From NCBI RefSeq assembly GCF_963921235.1, contig NC_086097.1:145206001-145270000 (forward strand): a DNA stretch of 64,000 bases. Direction: 5' to 3'. Below, in pieces: positions 24,981 to 37,300 of this stretch; the first letter of the stretch is position 1; each line of letters begins with the position of its first letter. A program made the position numbers and the translations under genes. The stretch is from Mobula hypostoma (lineage: Eukaryota). The notes beneath the pieces were generated by a model. That model had not been told where the DNA came from. It did no database searches and was given only the letters and a program-made list of their open reading frames with translations.

Positions 24981-25334
24981 CCATATATTGATGTTTGCGA
25001 CAGTTTGTGCTCTTATCTAACCTAATTGGTCACTTTGATGCAGCACAGGCTACGCTGAAAACACGGTGCATGGCGGGGGAGCTACACACACGCGCACTGG
25101 GCAGAAAGAACGGAACTAAACCCCCGCAACCTGGAAACAATCTCTCTTTACAAACAGCTTTTTAGCGAAAATATTGCTATATTACCATTATCCTAATTAG
25201 TATTACTTTTATAATGCTCACATTACAACAGTATTTGTGTATTTATTTTTGATTTTTCTTCGGGATCTACTGGGAAAGTCTCAAAGATCGACGGGTCAAT
25301 CGCGATCGATGGGTTGGCGACCCCTATTTTAGGT

Positions 25335-25450
25335 GTTCTGATGAAGAGCCTCAACTCAAAACATCAACTGTTTATTCCTCTCCATAGATGCTAACTGACC
25401 TGCTGAGTTCCTCCGGTATTTTGTGGGTGTTACTCCGGAATTCCAGCATT
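25335..25450 (+). mobile_element. Penelope-derived terminal module, decayed hammerhead
   Basis: GTTCTGATGAAGAGCCTCAACTCAAAACATCAACTG...CCTGCTGAGTTCCTCC. Confidence 0.6.
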
Positions 25451-25651
25451 TGTTATTGGTTTTAGGATCTGGGCTTATAGAAAGTTTGGGTGAAGAAAGA
25501 TCGACAACATTAGTTTTTCAGAACCGTTACTCTAGTTGAAACACAAAGACAAAATTGAAAGATAAGAAATTAACAAATGGTAGAAGTTTGGAAAATTAAT
25601 TTCCTTAAGGGAAGACAGGGTTCCTGAAGAACTATTTGTATGTTTGCACAA

Positions 25652-26192
25652 ACACTTAGTGGCCATTTTATAAAATACACCTGTACATCTACTCGTTAAT
25701 GCAAATATCTAATCAGCCAATCATGTGGCAGCAACTCATTGAATAAAAGCATACAGACATGATCAAGAGGTGCAGTTGTTGTTCAGAAGAAACATCAGAA
25801 AGCAGGAGAAATGGGATCTAAGCGATTTTAACTATGGAATGATTGTTGCTGCCAGATTGCTTGGTTTGAATATCACAGAAACTACTAATCTCCTGGCATT
25901 TTCACACACAACAGTCTCCAGAGTTTACAGAGAATGTTGTGAAAACAGAACATCCAGTGAGGAGCAGTTCTGTGGGCAAAAGTGCCTTCTTAATGAGAGA
26001 GGTCAGAGGAGAATGGCCAGACTGGTTCAAGCTGACAGGAAGCCAACAGTAACAAATAATCACACATTACAACAGTGGTGTGCAGAAGAGCATCTTTGAA
26101 CTTACAACACATCAAACCTTGAAGGGGATGAGCTAAATCAGCAGAAGACCACACTGGGTTCCACTGCAGTACCTAATAAAGTGACCACTGTG
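25652..26192 (+). mobile_element. Non-autonomous Tc1-derived element (~540 bp)
   Basis: TIRs CACTTAGTGGCCATTTTAT / CTAATAAAGTGACCACTGTGTG; HTH remnant DLSDFNYGMIVAAR..GLNITET. Confidence 0.8.
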
Positions 26193-27149
26193 TGAGAATA
26201 AACAGAGAACTATAAAGATAGAGAGCAGAGCATGGCTGGGTAATTGGTATTTTATGCCATCAAAATTAACTCAGGTCAGGGTATGCTTTCAGCTTATCTA
26301 ATTCCCTAAAGTTCCTTGTAAAGATATAAAATAAAATCTAATAAAATGGCAGTGCTTAATACTTCACCAAGATCTTGACCTGCATTCCATGAAGAAAAGG
26401 ACTGAAGTTATAAGGTTAATTTTGTAATGACAGCCAGATTTCACCTGCTCTAATAACTGCTTGGCCTGCTACTCACACTGCACACTCTAGACTCTAGAAT
26501 CTACAGCAACTTTGCTTATACGCATGAACTTTTGTTTTTAAGTAAAATGTAAAATCAAGATCAACTAATCAGAAAATTAACTTAGAGAATTTAAAAACCT
26601 GAATTAGAAAAAATAGCAATAATTTATGTACTTTTTTATTTGCTTATTTCTCTAACATGGACCATAGATTAAGAAAATAACCCATTATGACAGTGAAATA
26701 CATAAAAACACTCCATACTCAGCATGAATCATCAGTATAGTGCCGTATGGGCCAGCTATGCCTGGATGAGAAAAGAGAATGCCCATGGGTTGCCTGCTCT
26801 CTGGTGGGTCCTGGTGGAAATTAGGCCAGGATGAGGTTCAGACTTTGAAACGTTCAAAAGTCACCATCCAGACATAAACAAGGCCCAAATAGCCAAAACT
26901 AAAAGTGTGACCGGTACTCTTAATAAGGAGAGAGTTGGTATTCTTCAGAAGCTCCCTTTGTCATCATCAGATTGCCCTTTTGGTCAGGATTATTTGCTTC
27001 CACTTTGTAACAAGTCAATTAATGCCAAAAATGGATATTAGAGCTAAATAGTCAAAGGTATTCAATATTTAGGAGGGTAGATGGAAAAGGGGGCATTGTA
27101 TTACTATCATTAATAGAGATCAATATAGTATCTTTGCTTGATTGATCAG

Positions 27150-28760
27150 AATTCTCCAGGAATGCAGCCGTGACTGACAAAAACAATAAAGATGCTGTTG
27201 AATCCAAGGAAAAGGCTTATAAAATTGCCTAAAGTATCACTAGGCTTGAAAATTGTGAGCAATAGAACATTGCAAATGAGACCCATAAATTCATAAAGAC
27301 AAGCAGGAACATGAAAGCAGACTGTAAGAACTTTCATAGGTACATTAAAAAAAAAGACGAGCAAGGGTAAGCTTAGACTCTTTATAACAGAGACAGGGAA
27401 ATTTATATTGAAAAACAAAGATATGACAGAGTTAAACAATTACTTCGCATCTGTCTTCATGAATAATACACAAAACCTGCCAGATATATTTGTGAATGTA
27501 GGGTCTTGCGAGAGCGGGGAACTGAAACTAAATATTCATCAAAAATGATGCTAAAATGTTGTGCTTGAAGAAGCTACCACCTTCAAAGCTCTTATCACAG
27601 AGTTTTAAAGAGGTAGTTTCAGAGATAATGGATGCTTTGGTTATCATCATCTTAACTTCGACTGATTCTGGAACTGTTCCTGTGGATTGGAATCAGCAAA
27701 TGACTGAACTATTTGATAGGAAATGAGAGATGGGGCATTATTCACTATAGGCCTGATGTTGTTGGAATTTATAAGGAAGGACGTAATAAAAATAACTTAA
27801 AAATAATTGGATGAACCAGAACCAAAATAGATTTAAGGGAAAACTATGTTGACTAATTTGCTGGAGTTCTTTAAGGATGTGACTAGTAACAAGCATAATG
27901 TATAATTGGGTATGATATTTTTGAGAAGGACCCACATGGGAAGCTGTTCAGCAAGGTTAGAGATAATTGACAATTAATAAACAGATTGTTCTTAGGTTAG
28001 CAGACTATGGCCATCGGGATCAATGTTTAGATCCCCAGCTTTTCAAAATTGATATCAATGATTTCGCTGAGGGGAGCAAATGTCACTTTTCCATCATCAC
28101 TGACAACACTAAACTAGGTGGAACTGTAAACCGGTATTTTATTGATTTATTATTGTCACATGTAACAGGATACAGTGAAAACCCTGTCTTGCATACTGTT
28201 TATACAGATCAAATCATTGCACAGTGCATTGAGTAGAATAAAGTAAAACAATAATAAAAATGCAGAATAAAGTGTAAAAGCTACTGAAAAAGTGCAGTGC
28301 ATGTAAAAGTGCAAAATCATAACCAGACAGAATACATTAAGTTCGTCAGGAAGCAATGTGCTGATGTCAGCAATGCCCAATTTCATTTTGTAACCTGTCG
28401 TAGTATTGATACACACAACAGAAGAGTATTTATTAAATGATGAGAGATCAGGAAGTATTAATGTTGTTGAAGACCACCAAATTAGTGCAGCAAGCAATTA
28501 AGGGGGCAGAGAGTACCATGATCTTTTCTGCAAGAGGAGAGACCTCATTAAAAAGATTCAAAATTCTTGAAGAGCTTTGCAGGCTAAGAGAAGATGTTTC
28601 CCCAAGATGAAGAATCAAGGGCTAGGGGCTTAAGAGGAAAGTGAATAAAGGGCAAGTCCTCAGTAAATGAGAGGGAGAAATTTCTTCACTCAGAGCATGC
28701 TGTATCTTTAGAAATTTCTACCCAAAATGGCCATGGAGGCAGAATCATTCAAAACACAGA
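27150..28760 (+). mobile_element. Old, highly decayed CR1 LINE with a minus-strand Rex-type tail inserted at ~28130-28350
   Basis: Remnants of CLTNLLEFF and DNTKLGG, colinear with the other CR1 copies. Confidence 0.65.
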
Positions 28761-28872
28761 ACTGGGGGTACGTTTTTTGCACTGAACCCTAAGTATATCC
28801 CTCATAATCTTATATATCTCAACCAGCCAAGGATGTGATAGAGCTGGAGGAGGAATGTTACAATTGAGGACA

Positions 28873-29902
28873 GGCCAGTGACTAGTGGTGTTCCGCAGGG
28901 GTTGGTGTTGGGACCGCTTCTTTTTATGCTGTATATCAATGATTTAGGTGATGGAATAGGTGCTTTTGTTGCCAAGTTTGCAGATGATATGAAGATTGGT
29001 GGAGGGGCAGGTGGTGTTGAGGAAACAGGTCGGCTGCATAAGGACTTTGACAGATTAGGAGAATGGGCAAGGAAGTGGCAAGTGAAATACAATGTTGGAA
29101 ATTGCATGGTCATGCACTTTGCTAGTAGAAGTAAATGTGCTGTTTTTTTCTAAACTGGGAGAAAATCCAAAAATCTGAGATGCAATGGGACTTGGGAGTC
29201 CTTGTGCAGAACACCCTAAAGGTCAACTTGCAGGTTGAGTCGGTGCTGAGGAAGGCAAATACAATATTAGCATTCATTTCAAGGAGTCTAGATACAAGAG
29301 CAGGGATGTGATGCTGAGGCTTTATAAGGCACTGGTGAAGCCTCTTCTTGAGTATTGTTAACAGTTTTGGCTCATCATCTAAGAAAGGATGTGCTGGCAT
29401 TGGAGAAGTTTCAGAGGAGGTTCACGATGATTCCGGGAATGAAAGGGTTATCAAACGAGGAACATTTGACAGTCTAGGTCTGTACTCACCGGAACTTAGA
29501 AGGATGAGGAGGGATCTCATTGAAACCTTTCGAATATTGAAAGACCTAGACAGAGTAGATGTGGAAAGGATGTTTCGCATGGTGGGGGAGTCTAGGACAA
29601 GAGGGCACAGCCTCAGGATAGAGGGGTGTCCATTTAAAACAGAGATACAAAGAAATTTCTTTGGCCAGAGGGTGGTGAATTTGTGGAATTTGTTACCACA
29701 GGCAGCTGTGGAGGCCAGGTCATTGGGTGTATCTAAAGCAGAGTTTGGTAGGTTCTTGATTGGACATGGCATCAGAGGTTACGGGGAGAAGGCTGGGGTA
29801 TGGGGCTGAGGAGGGGAAAATGGGATCAGCCATGACTGAATAGCACAGCAGACCCAATGGGCCAAATGGCCTAATTCTGCTCTCAAGTCTTATAGTCTTA
29901 TG
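28873..29902 (+). mobile_element. 5'-truncated CR1 LINE
   Basis: TSGVPQGLVLGPLLF, KFADDMK and a (TCTTATA)n-like tail; closely similar to 8190-9216. Confidence 0.9.
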
Positions 29903-32900
29903 GACTACATCTGCTTTCCTTAGAGCGGGAAGTCAAGAGAGGATACGAGTGATAGTGATGAAGGTTTGAGAAATCCTCGACATATTTTCTCCTGTTTTTT
30001 CTTGCTTTGGAAGAGCTTGGAGTAAACTGATTAGGCAATAAGGCGCTGGTCATGTAGAAAATATGGCTTGCCAATAGGAATTTGTTGAACACAGTTAGTG
30101 ACTTGATACTGGAGATACTGACCTAGGAGCACATGGTGATTTTTCATTTGTGTCTTCAACCAATGGATCAAAAATCCATTGTGGTGATAACACTGGACTG
30201 GTTATCCAGTCCCTGTACTTATGAATCAATATTAAGGGAACAAAGGAACAGGAGGATTAGTGTAGCTCAGAATATTTTAAGCTCTCAAGTTCACATACTG
30301 TCATTTTGTTTTGAAAATTCATATTCAGTTTCAAAACAGCACATGAAGAAAAAAAAATCAACAAATTCCTTCACAGCGAGGGCTGAAGTAAAACCTGCTG
30401 GCCATACACACATGGACTATGCGCAAACTGAATCCAACACTGACAAAGGTCACTCTCATATCTTTTTTGGGGGAGGGGCAGATGAGATCGCCAACAGTTG
30501 TATGAAACTGTTACTGCGCTTCACAGCAATGACCCAGCAACATCCAAAAACAGCAAGGCATGGGCAATATACGCCAATCTTATAAATAGGACAATTGGGG
30601 GGCGGGGGGGGGGGGAAAATGAGCTTACATTCTGTGTGAGAAACAATCGACACCTATGGGACCAAGTTTGAGAGAGAATGTTTGGAGCTCGCAATGGGAG
30701 GGCTGAAGCCACCTTTGGGACTAACTAATAAATCTTTGAACTATTTCTGTGTTCTCGAGTCAGAGATGCAGTCAGTCACCTCCAGCTGTACCCTGTTGCT
30801 ATAGAACCCAGAACATAACAGAGAAAAACTGTGTAAACACATGGGCAAGGGAGCTGTAATAAACACATTCAAAAACTTTCAAAGCAGCCTCTGTAATGTG
30901 GTTTGCAGATATATTTCAGTAATTAATATACAATGTAAACATGACATTGAGAAACTAGACTTTAGTACAGTAAATCAGAAATATAGCACAGAGATTTAAT
31001 AATTCCTGTTTTCCTTTACAAACCCTTTCACTAAAGAGTCTGTAGACAATTACCCTGAAAGTGCTTGAAACTCTACTCCATCACTGTAATCAACTGTTGA
31101 TCTTAAAGACCACACGAACTAAGGACATGTATAATTCCATTTTAAAATCAGTGCTATAATTTGCAGAATGACCCCATCTGGCAAGAATTCTACATCCTCC
31201 ATCAGTCTGGTGGGGCTCTTTTCATGAGCATGGAGTACAAGTCAGGAGTATCCAAATTTTTATTTTGTGAGCTGCATAGCTGGCTCACAAGAATTTGAAA
31301 TTAAAACACTGAACTAAAGGAAAATGCATAAAATCAATCTTTTTGAAGCTAACTGAAAGACTAATTTGTTTTTGTAATTAACAAAATCCAATATCCACTC
31401 AAGTTAGACTTGACTCAATTTACAGTACTGCCTCAGATTGCAAGAGGACATACAACTACATAGCTGGAAAGCATAGGATTATGGACTGGAGAGCCATGGC
31501 CAGTTATCCAGGACCCATAGACCCTGGAGAGTCCCAAGCCAGATAACTGGGTCTGTGGACAGGAGGTGTAACCAGATAGCAAGTGATGAAGCACAGGATC
31601 TTGTGGCCAAGTAACGAAGGATCAGTAACTGGATGCTTATAACTAAGGGCTGATACATTAGAAACACAAGCAGCTCGGCAAGTTTATTTCCCATAAGTGT
31701 AAATCCAAATTCTTTTGAGATTATTGACCATCTCTACACTTACAATAAGCGTTTGAGTCATTATCACTTGAAAAAGTTCTTCAACTTATCCCTTTGTATC
31801 ATTTTCCCCAAACCTTAAATCTCTACTGTCTATTGTTTGCCCTATCATCTATTGAAGTACACCTAGAACTTAGGTTGAAAATATACACGTTATGTTTATA
31901 TTTATTCTGCCTGTCTGTCTCTCTCACTTATTTACCTCATTTAAAAGCACAAGTGGCAAGGGCTTCAGAATTACCTCTAGGTTCATCCCCAACTCCTCTC
32001 CTCACTTGTTTCTCCCCCTACAACTTGTGAGTAAGGTGGGGTCAGCAGATACAATTGATCCTCCTTCTGCACTTAACAGTCTGGTCATTAACATTTAAGA
32101 ACAGGCTTGGCACGATGCTGTGTATGGGTATGCAGCAAATAGGTAAACAATCATATCAAATATCAATTATTTAAAGTGCTTCATTACATACAGAATTTCT
32201 CTGCTCGATTTGGAAGTATCCAAGAAATGGAAATAGGGGTCACTTCAGTGAACTCCCCCTATTGATATTACAGCAAACGTAGCCCAACACATATTCCATT
32301 GTTGGGGAATATGAACATTGCACAATTTTCTCACTTTTTATTGTGCATTATAATTCATATCAACAATGCAGTCAGTGGTTATGAAAGATTAAAATTATTC
32401 CAGAGTTTCTATAAAATATTGCATGCCAATGTATATGACTTTTAGTCTCCAAAATGGCTAGTTTCTACTAAGTGCAAAATATATATTCGTGATTTTATCA
32501 AGAACTGAGTGGTATATCAGTCTACTGATTCTGGGTTTTTTTTCTATCCTTGAAGCAAAGCTGCATGCATTTTCAGTGCTGACAACATACAAAAAGTTCT
32601 ACTGAGGTTAATTATTATCAAAGGGAGAATATAGTAACTAACAGCGCTTTATATTGAAATATGAATATTATGCTTGCTTTGCTAAATCTTGTATGGATTC
32701 CAATCAAGTAAAAACTCCCTAAATTCATGCATCATCCTCTTAAATACATTTGCAGCTAACGAGCTGTAGAAATAGACAGGAATGCTAGAAGGATTACCAA
32801 CTCACACGAAGAAAAAGCTCAGTAACTGGCCAAAATTCCAGTTAATCACCATAAAAACATCCAAGCTAATTTTGAGAAATTGCTAGAATCAGAGGTTGAT

Positions 32901-34239
32901 ACAGCTTTGACACTAGTCATAAGAATACTAATTAAATACTACAATGTTTATTTAGCATATTGGCACCAAAACACTAGATACTTGGAGAGTCTTAATTCTT
33001 TTTTAATGCATTGGTTGATATACTCAATTCTTTATAAGTTGCTTTACTAGTACTGTTACCAATGACACCGCAGAATTGTAATCAGTACTTTGTCAACATT
33101 GTACAATCAGTAATTGTACTTTATTCTCCCCCATCCACAACAAGCAAAATACAAGTTCATAGAGTGCATGTCTTCAGACACTGTCCATTTATCAAAATCC
33201 CACTGACATTATGTTCTTAACTTTTGTATTACATTTTCAGTTAGCTATTGAGACTTCATCAAGCTTACAGGTCTGGTTAGATTAACAGATTGAATTGTTG
33301 GTTTTTTGTTTGTGGAGAATGGCAAGCTAGGCAGGGACTAATTACATCCACCAGTGTAGCCAAGATGGAATTCAACCAATGTGCCAGCTGATAAATCCTG
33401 CAAAAAATATGGCTTTAAAAACTGACCTAACAATATATTTAGAGTCCTTTCCCAATACATCTCAATCTCAAAGCTGGTTACCATCTTTCCCTCTCAAGTA
33501 CACCTAATTATGCTCAAATCTTCCATCTTTCCTCCACTAAATGATAAATGTCCACGCTCCTGATCACTGATTTGTTACTGCCCTGATGATTCAGTCAAGC
33601 ATGGCATGGCCTATCAGCCATTATTGGTACATTCTTTTGAAGCGTAGAGGGCGAGATAGACCAGGTAAAACCCAAGAAGAAAGCAACACCATGGCAGTAC
33701 ACTTAGAGCATTAAACTGCACGACATGCCAACAGCCACAGAGTGTCAACTGTAAACTTGCATGCAGACAGGTAAACTATCTCAAGGAACACTTCTATTTA
33801 TATTTTTAGGGAAAATAATCAGTCTTCATAATACTAAAAAGATAATTACAGCCATGATTCTAAACAAACTACATTTTGCAAATGACAGAACAGCATCTGT
33901 ATTTGTAAATATATTGCAAGCTTTCGCATCGTTTTAGCTAGTCTTATAAAATGACTATTAAACTAACGAGCATTTTTCTGGCATCTCTTTGGATATTGAT
34001 GTGTCAGTGGCGAGACCTCTTGAAGGCAAGACAGCAGAACATCACAGAGGCCACAGACTGTGGCAACAGTTTACATGAAATGTTAACAGTCCTGTGCCAG
34101 TTACAGTTGGAACATGGCTTTAGGAACTGGGTGAACACAGGTGCTACTCAGCACAGCACTGATCGCCATCCTGAAGCATTCTTTCCATATGTTGAAATTC
34201 TGATGGAGAGGGTCACAGTACCAGTTGGTCACTCAACTC

Positions 34240-34386
34240 CTACAAAAGTTTCCGTATTCGTCTGTGACTGGTGTTTATCCGGGATGTTGCTTGGTCTGTT
34301 GAAGAACCAATGACATCCAGCACTTCATTCTGGCGTTCCAGCTCAACCTCTGTGTCCAGCGCGATACTCTTCAGCTTCCGTAGAAC
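34240..34386 (-). CDS. SNAP47: SNAP47 last coding exon (C-terminal SNARE motif; not in the ORF track)
   Basis: Manual translation gives VLRKLKSIALDTEVELERQNEVLDVIGSSTDQATSRINTSHRRIRKLL*. Acceptor TTTTTTATTTCAG|; TAG stop at 34242-34240. Confidence 0.94.
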   Translation of the reverse strand, partial: VLRKLKSIALDTEVELERQNEVLDVIGSSTDQATSRINTSHRRIRKLL

Positions 34387-37300
34387 CTGAAATAAAAAAA
34401 ATCATTCATTAGGTGCATTAACACATACGCACAGTATCACACTGGTATTGATGGTCCTTATTCATTCACCTCATAATATGCTACAGCTGAATCCTTACGT
34501 TGGTGTACTACATTTCAAGAGACTTTGTGAGACATGGCTGAAGGAGAAAAGAAATTAAAAGCACAAATGAGATTGGATGATAAGAGCAGAGGAGGAAAAG
34601 TAGATAGAAAGGTAGAGAAGATAATTCCAGAATATGGGACCTTTACATCTTGAAGCCAAGAAAATTTTCAGGAGAATAACGGGTGCAAGCCTGAACGTGG
34701 GCTTTATGGAAGTCAAATTCTGAAATGTATTAAAGATGAGACTTGGGTAAAGAATCTACAATGATTCCGGTTAATTGGGCCATTGGTTAATCGGGGCAGC
34801 TGCTTATTTGGGACACCTCTTAAAGGAAAAAAAACTAATCAAGAAAATTTCCAGGATTCCCTTCATTTATTTGGGAGACTATGCCGCTTAACTGGGGCAG
34901 GAGATTGTTGCTGAACAGGTTCTAACTAGCATCACTCATGTGCACTTGTATGACCATAGATGCAACACCGTGCTTTGAGCAAAGAATTTTTAAAAAACAT
35001 CGGTTGCGTGTTTGTGTTCAAAAAGCAATTGTCACTGATAATGTAGTTGGCGACAATTAAACAGCAAGACAATTCAGAACTATTCACTCACTACAGTTTC
35101 AAGCATTCAGGCTTGAAGATACCAGAAACAGCTGGGAGTAAACAATGAAATGATAAGGCTACTCTCAGGGTGGAGAAGCAACACCTCATATTCTGTCTGG
35201 GTAGCCTACAACCTGATAACCTGAACATCTACTACTCCAGCTTCCGGTAACTTCTTCCCCCTTCTTCACACTTCAATTCCCTCTTTTCTCCTCACCTGCC
35301 CTACGGTGCGCCTCCTCTTTCTCTTTCCCGTGATCCACTCTCCTCTCCTATCAGATTTCTTCTTTGCCAGCTCTTTGCCTTTTCCACTTCCCAGCTTCTT
35401 ACATCATCCCCCCTCCCCCACCTACCTGGTTTAACCTATCACCTTCTAACTTGTCCTACTCCCCCTCCCCCACCTTCTTATTCTGGTTTCTTCCTCCTCC
35501 TTTTCTAATCCTGAAGGGTTTCATGCTAAAACGACAACTGTTTATTCATTCCCATAGATGCTGCCCAACTTGCTGAATTCCACTAGCCTCTTGTGTGTGT
35601 TGCTCTGGATTTCCAGTATTCTTGTGTTTAAACTTCTTAGTGGTTGAGATATGATTTTCACTGGAGGAACTGAAACGGGGGTGTATATATTTGATGTCTC
35701 TTTAAGCATCTACTGTAGATTTATCTTTAACTATAGAAGTGAAGAGGACCAGCTCAGCAACAAGATCTGGGCACACATACTAATTCCAAAAACATGACAA
35801 CTTTTATAGTGCTTTTGTCACTTAGTAATGGGAAGAAATTCCTAAAAGCCAGCTGAAATTTACAGCACTCCCGTAAGAGTTCAGTTTTCTCAGCAGGTCC
35901 ACCAAAAGAATGCATTTGGAGCCCTCTAGTGTCTGGTTTTATCAATTTCCCCTCACATAAATTGATAAACCTCGAACTAAAATTGAGAAATAAAGTACAC
36001 ACAAAGAACATGATGGAAAATTAAAGCTGGAGAAAGAACAAACTAGCATTTTAATTCATCTTTTGAATCCACCCAAGAGGACTTTTTTTACTTAACGTTT
36101 TATATAATATCGTCATCACATTATCAGACAACCACGTGCAGCATCTAGACTTTGTTATTGACAATAGCTTTCAGTTATCAAACTCATCTGTGACCAGGGT
36201 CTCCAATAAAGATAACTGTCTATTCTATTAACACACATATATTTAGTCTGTATACTCCCAACTACGATCCAGCTTTGAATCTGTAAACCAGGATTTGTTA
36301 CACATGATCCCTGCATTCAAATCATTGATATACGTCATAAACAACTAAAACCAAGCATCAGAGCCTATAGCTACAAAAAAGCTACAACCTCCTAATCCAA
36401 AAATGAGCTAACAAGTAATCCAAATCTACAGGAGAGAGGTATGAGATGAGTGGTGGTGGTGGTAAGTTACATTCCTAGAAAATGATTTTCTGTAAAATGA
36501 AGCCATGCCATCTGTGCACGCAATCTACACGAGTTGGAAAAAAAAACTGGATTTACATTTTATTCTCCATGACCACCCACAATAAACACACATGTGCTTG
36601 CGAGCAAGTGAATTCCTTGAGTGTGGATTTTATTTTTTATCTCTGATATTTTGGGTATTGATTTATGAATTGTCAATCCAAATTTTTACTACCCAGATGC
36701 AGGCGGTCAGTGGTATTCCTGCTCTCCATTTTCTGTCCATTAACTAATCTTCAATCAACACTGGCATGTCAATGCAATTCTGAACGTTCTGATTCCATTT
36801 CATAACCATGTGAGGTGTTACGGCATTCCAAGTACACCACGTCCATTGGGTATCATTTTACTCTACTGGTCACAACCTCAAAAAAAAACTAACAGATCTG
36901 TCAAATACGACTTTCCTTTCCCAAATCTGACTCAGCCCAATCTTATTACGGTTTTAACTGCTCTGTTAATACATCCTCAATAGCAGACTCCAATATTTCC
37001 CTCGTTACTGACAGCTTGCTAACTAGTATTGTTTCCATTCTCTCTCTTTCAAGTTTATTGCCATGGGTATACACACTCAAGGTATAAATGCCACGAAAAT
37101 CTGATTTTTGCAGCACACTACAAACCTAACAAACATAAATTATTCAAATAATTTCAGATTTTCATGGTTTATACCTTAAGTATGTATACCCATGACAATA
37201 AACTTGAAAGGACGAAGAATGGAAACTAAACTAGTTAGCAAACTGTCAGTAATGAGGGGAATAGTGTGGTTACATTTACTATCTTTCAAACTGTGAGAAT

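Larger units (their letters stand above)
21285..25325 (-). mobile_element. hAT (Charlie/Buster/SPIN-type, GTF2IRD2-like) transposon remnant with nested insertions
   Basis: TIR-like ends TAGTGGTCACCAACC and GGTTGGCGACCCCT. Transposase fragments at 22300-23125: CVCMLCHQ...NLERHHNTNH, KHKKPFTDG, LVAITTDGA. Confidence 0.85.

Noticed and set aside
30133..30585. 150-aa ORF (likewise 43248-43664 and 33951-34313)
   Set aside because: No recognisable domain or splice context; the last one merely overlaps the SNAP47 terminal exon antisense.
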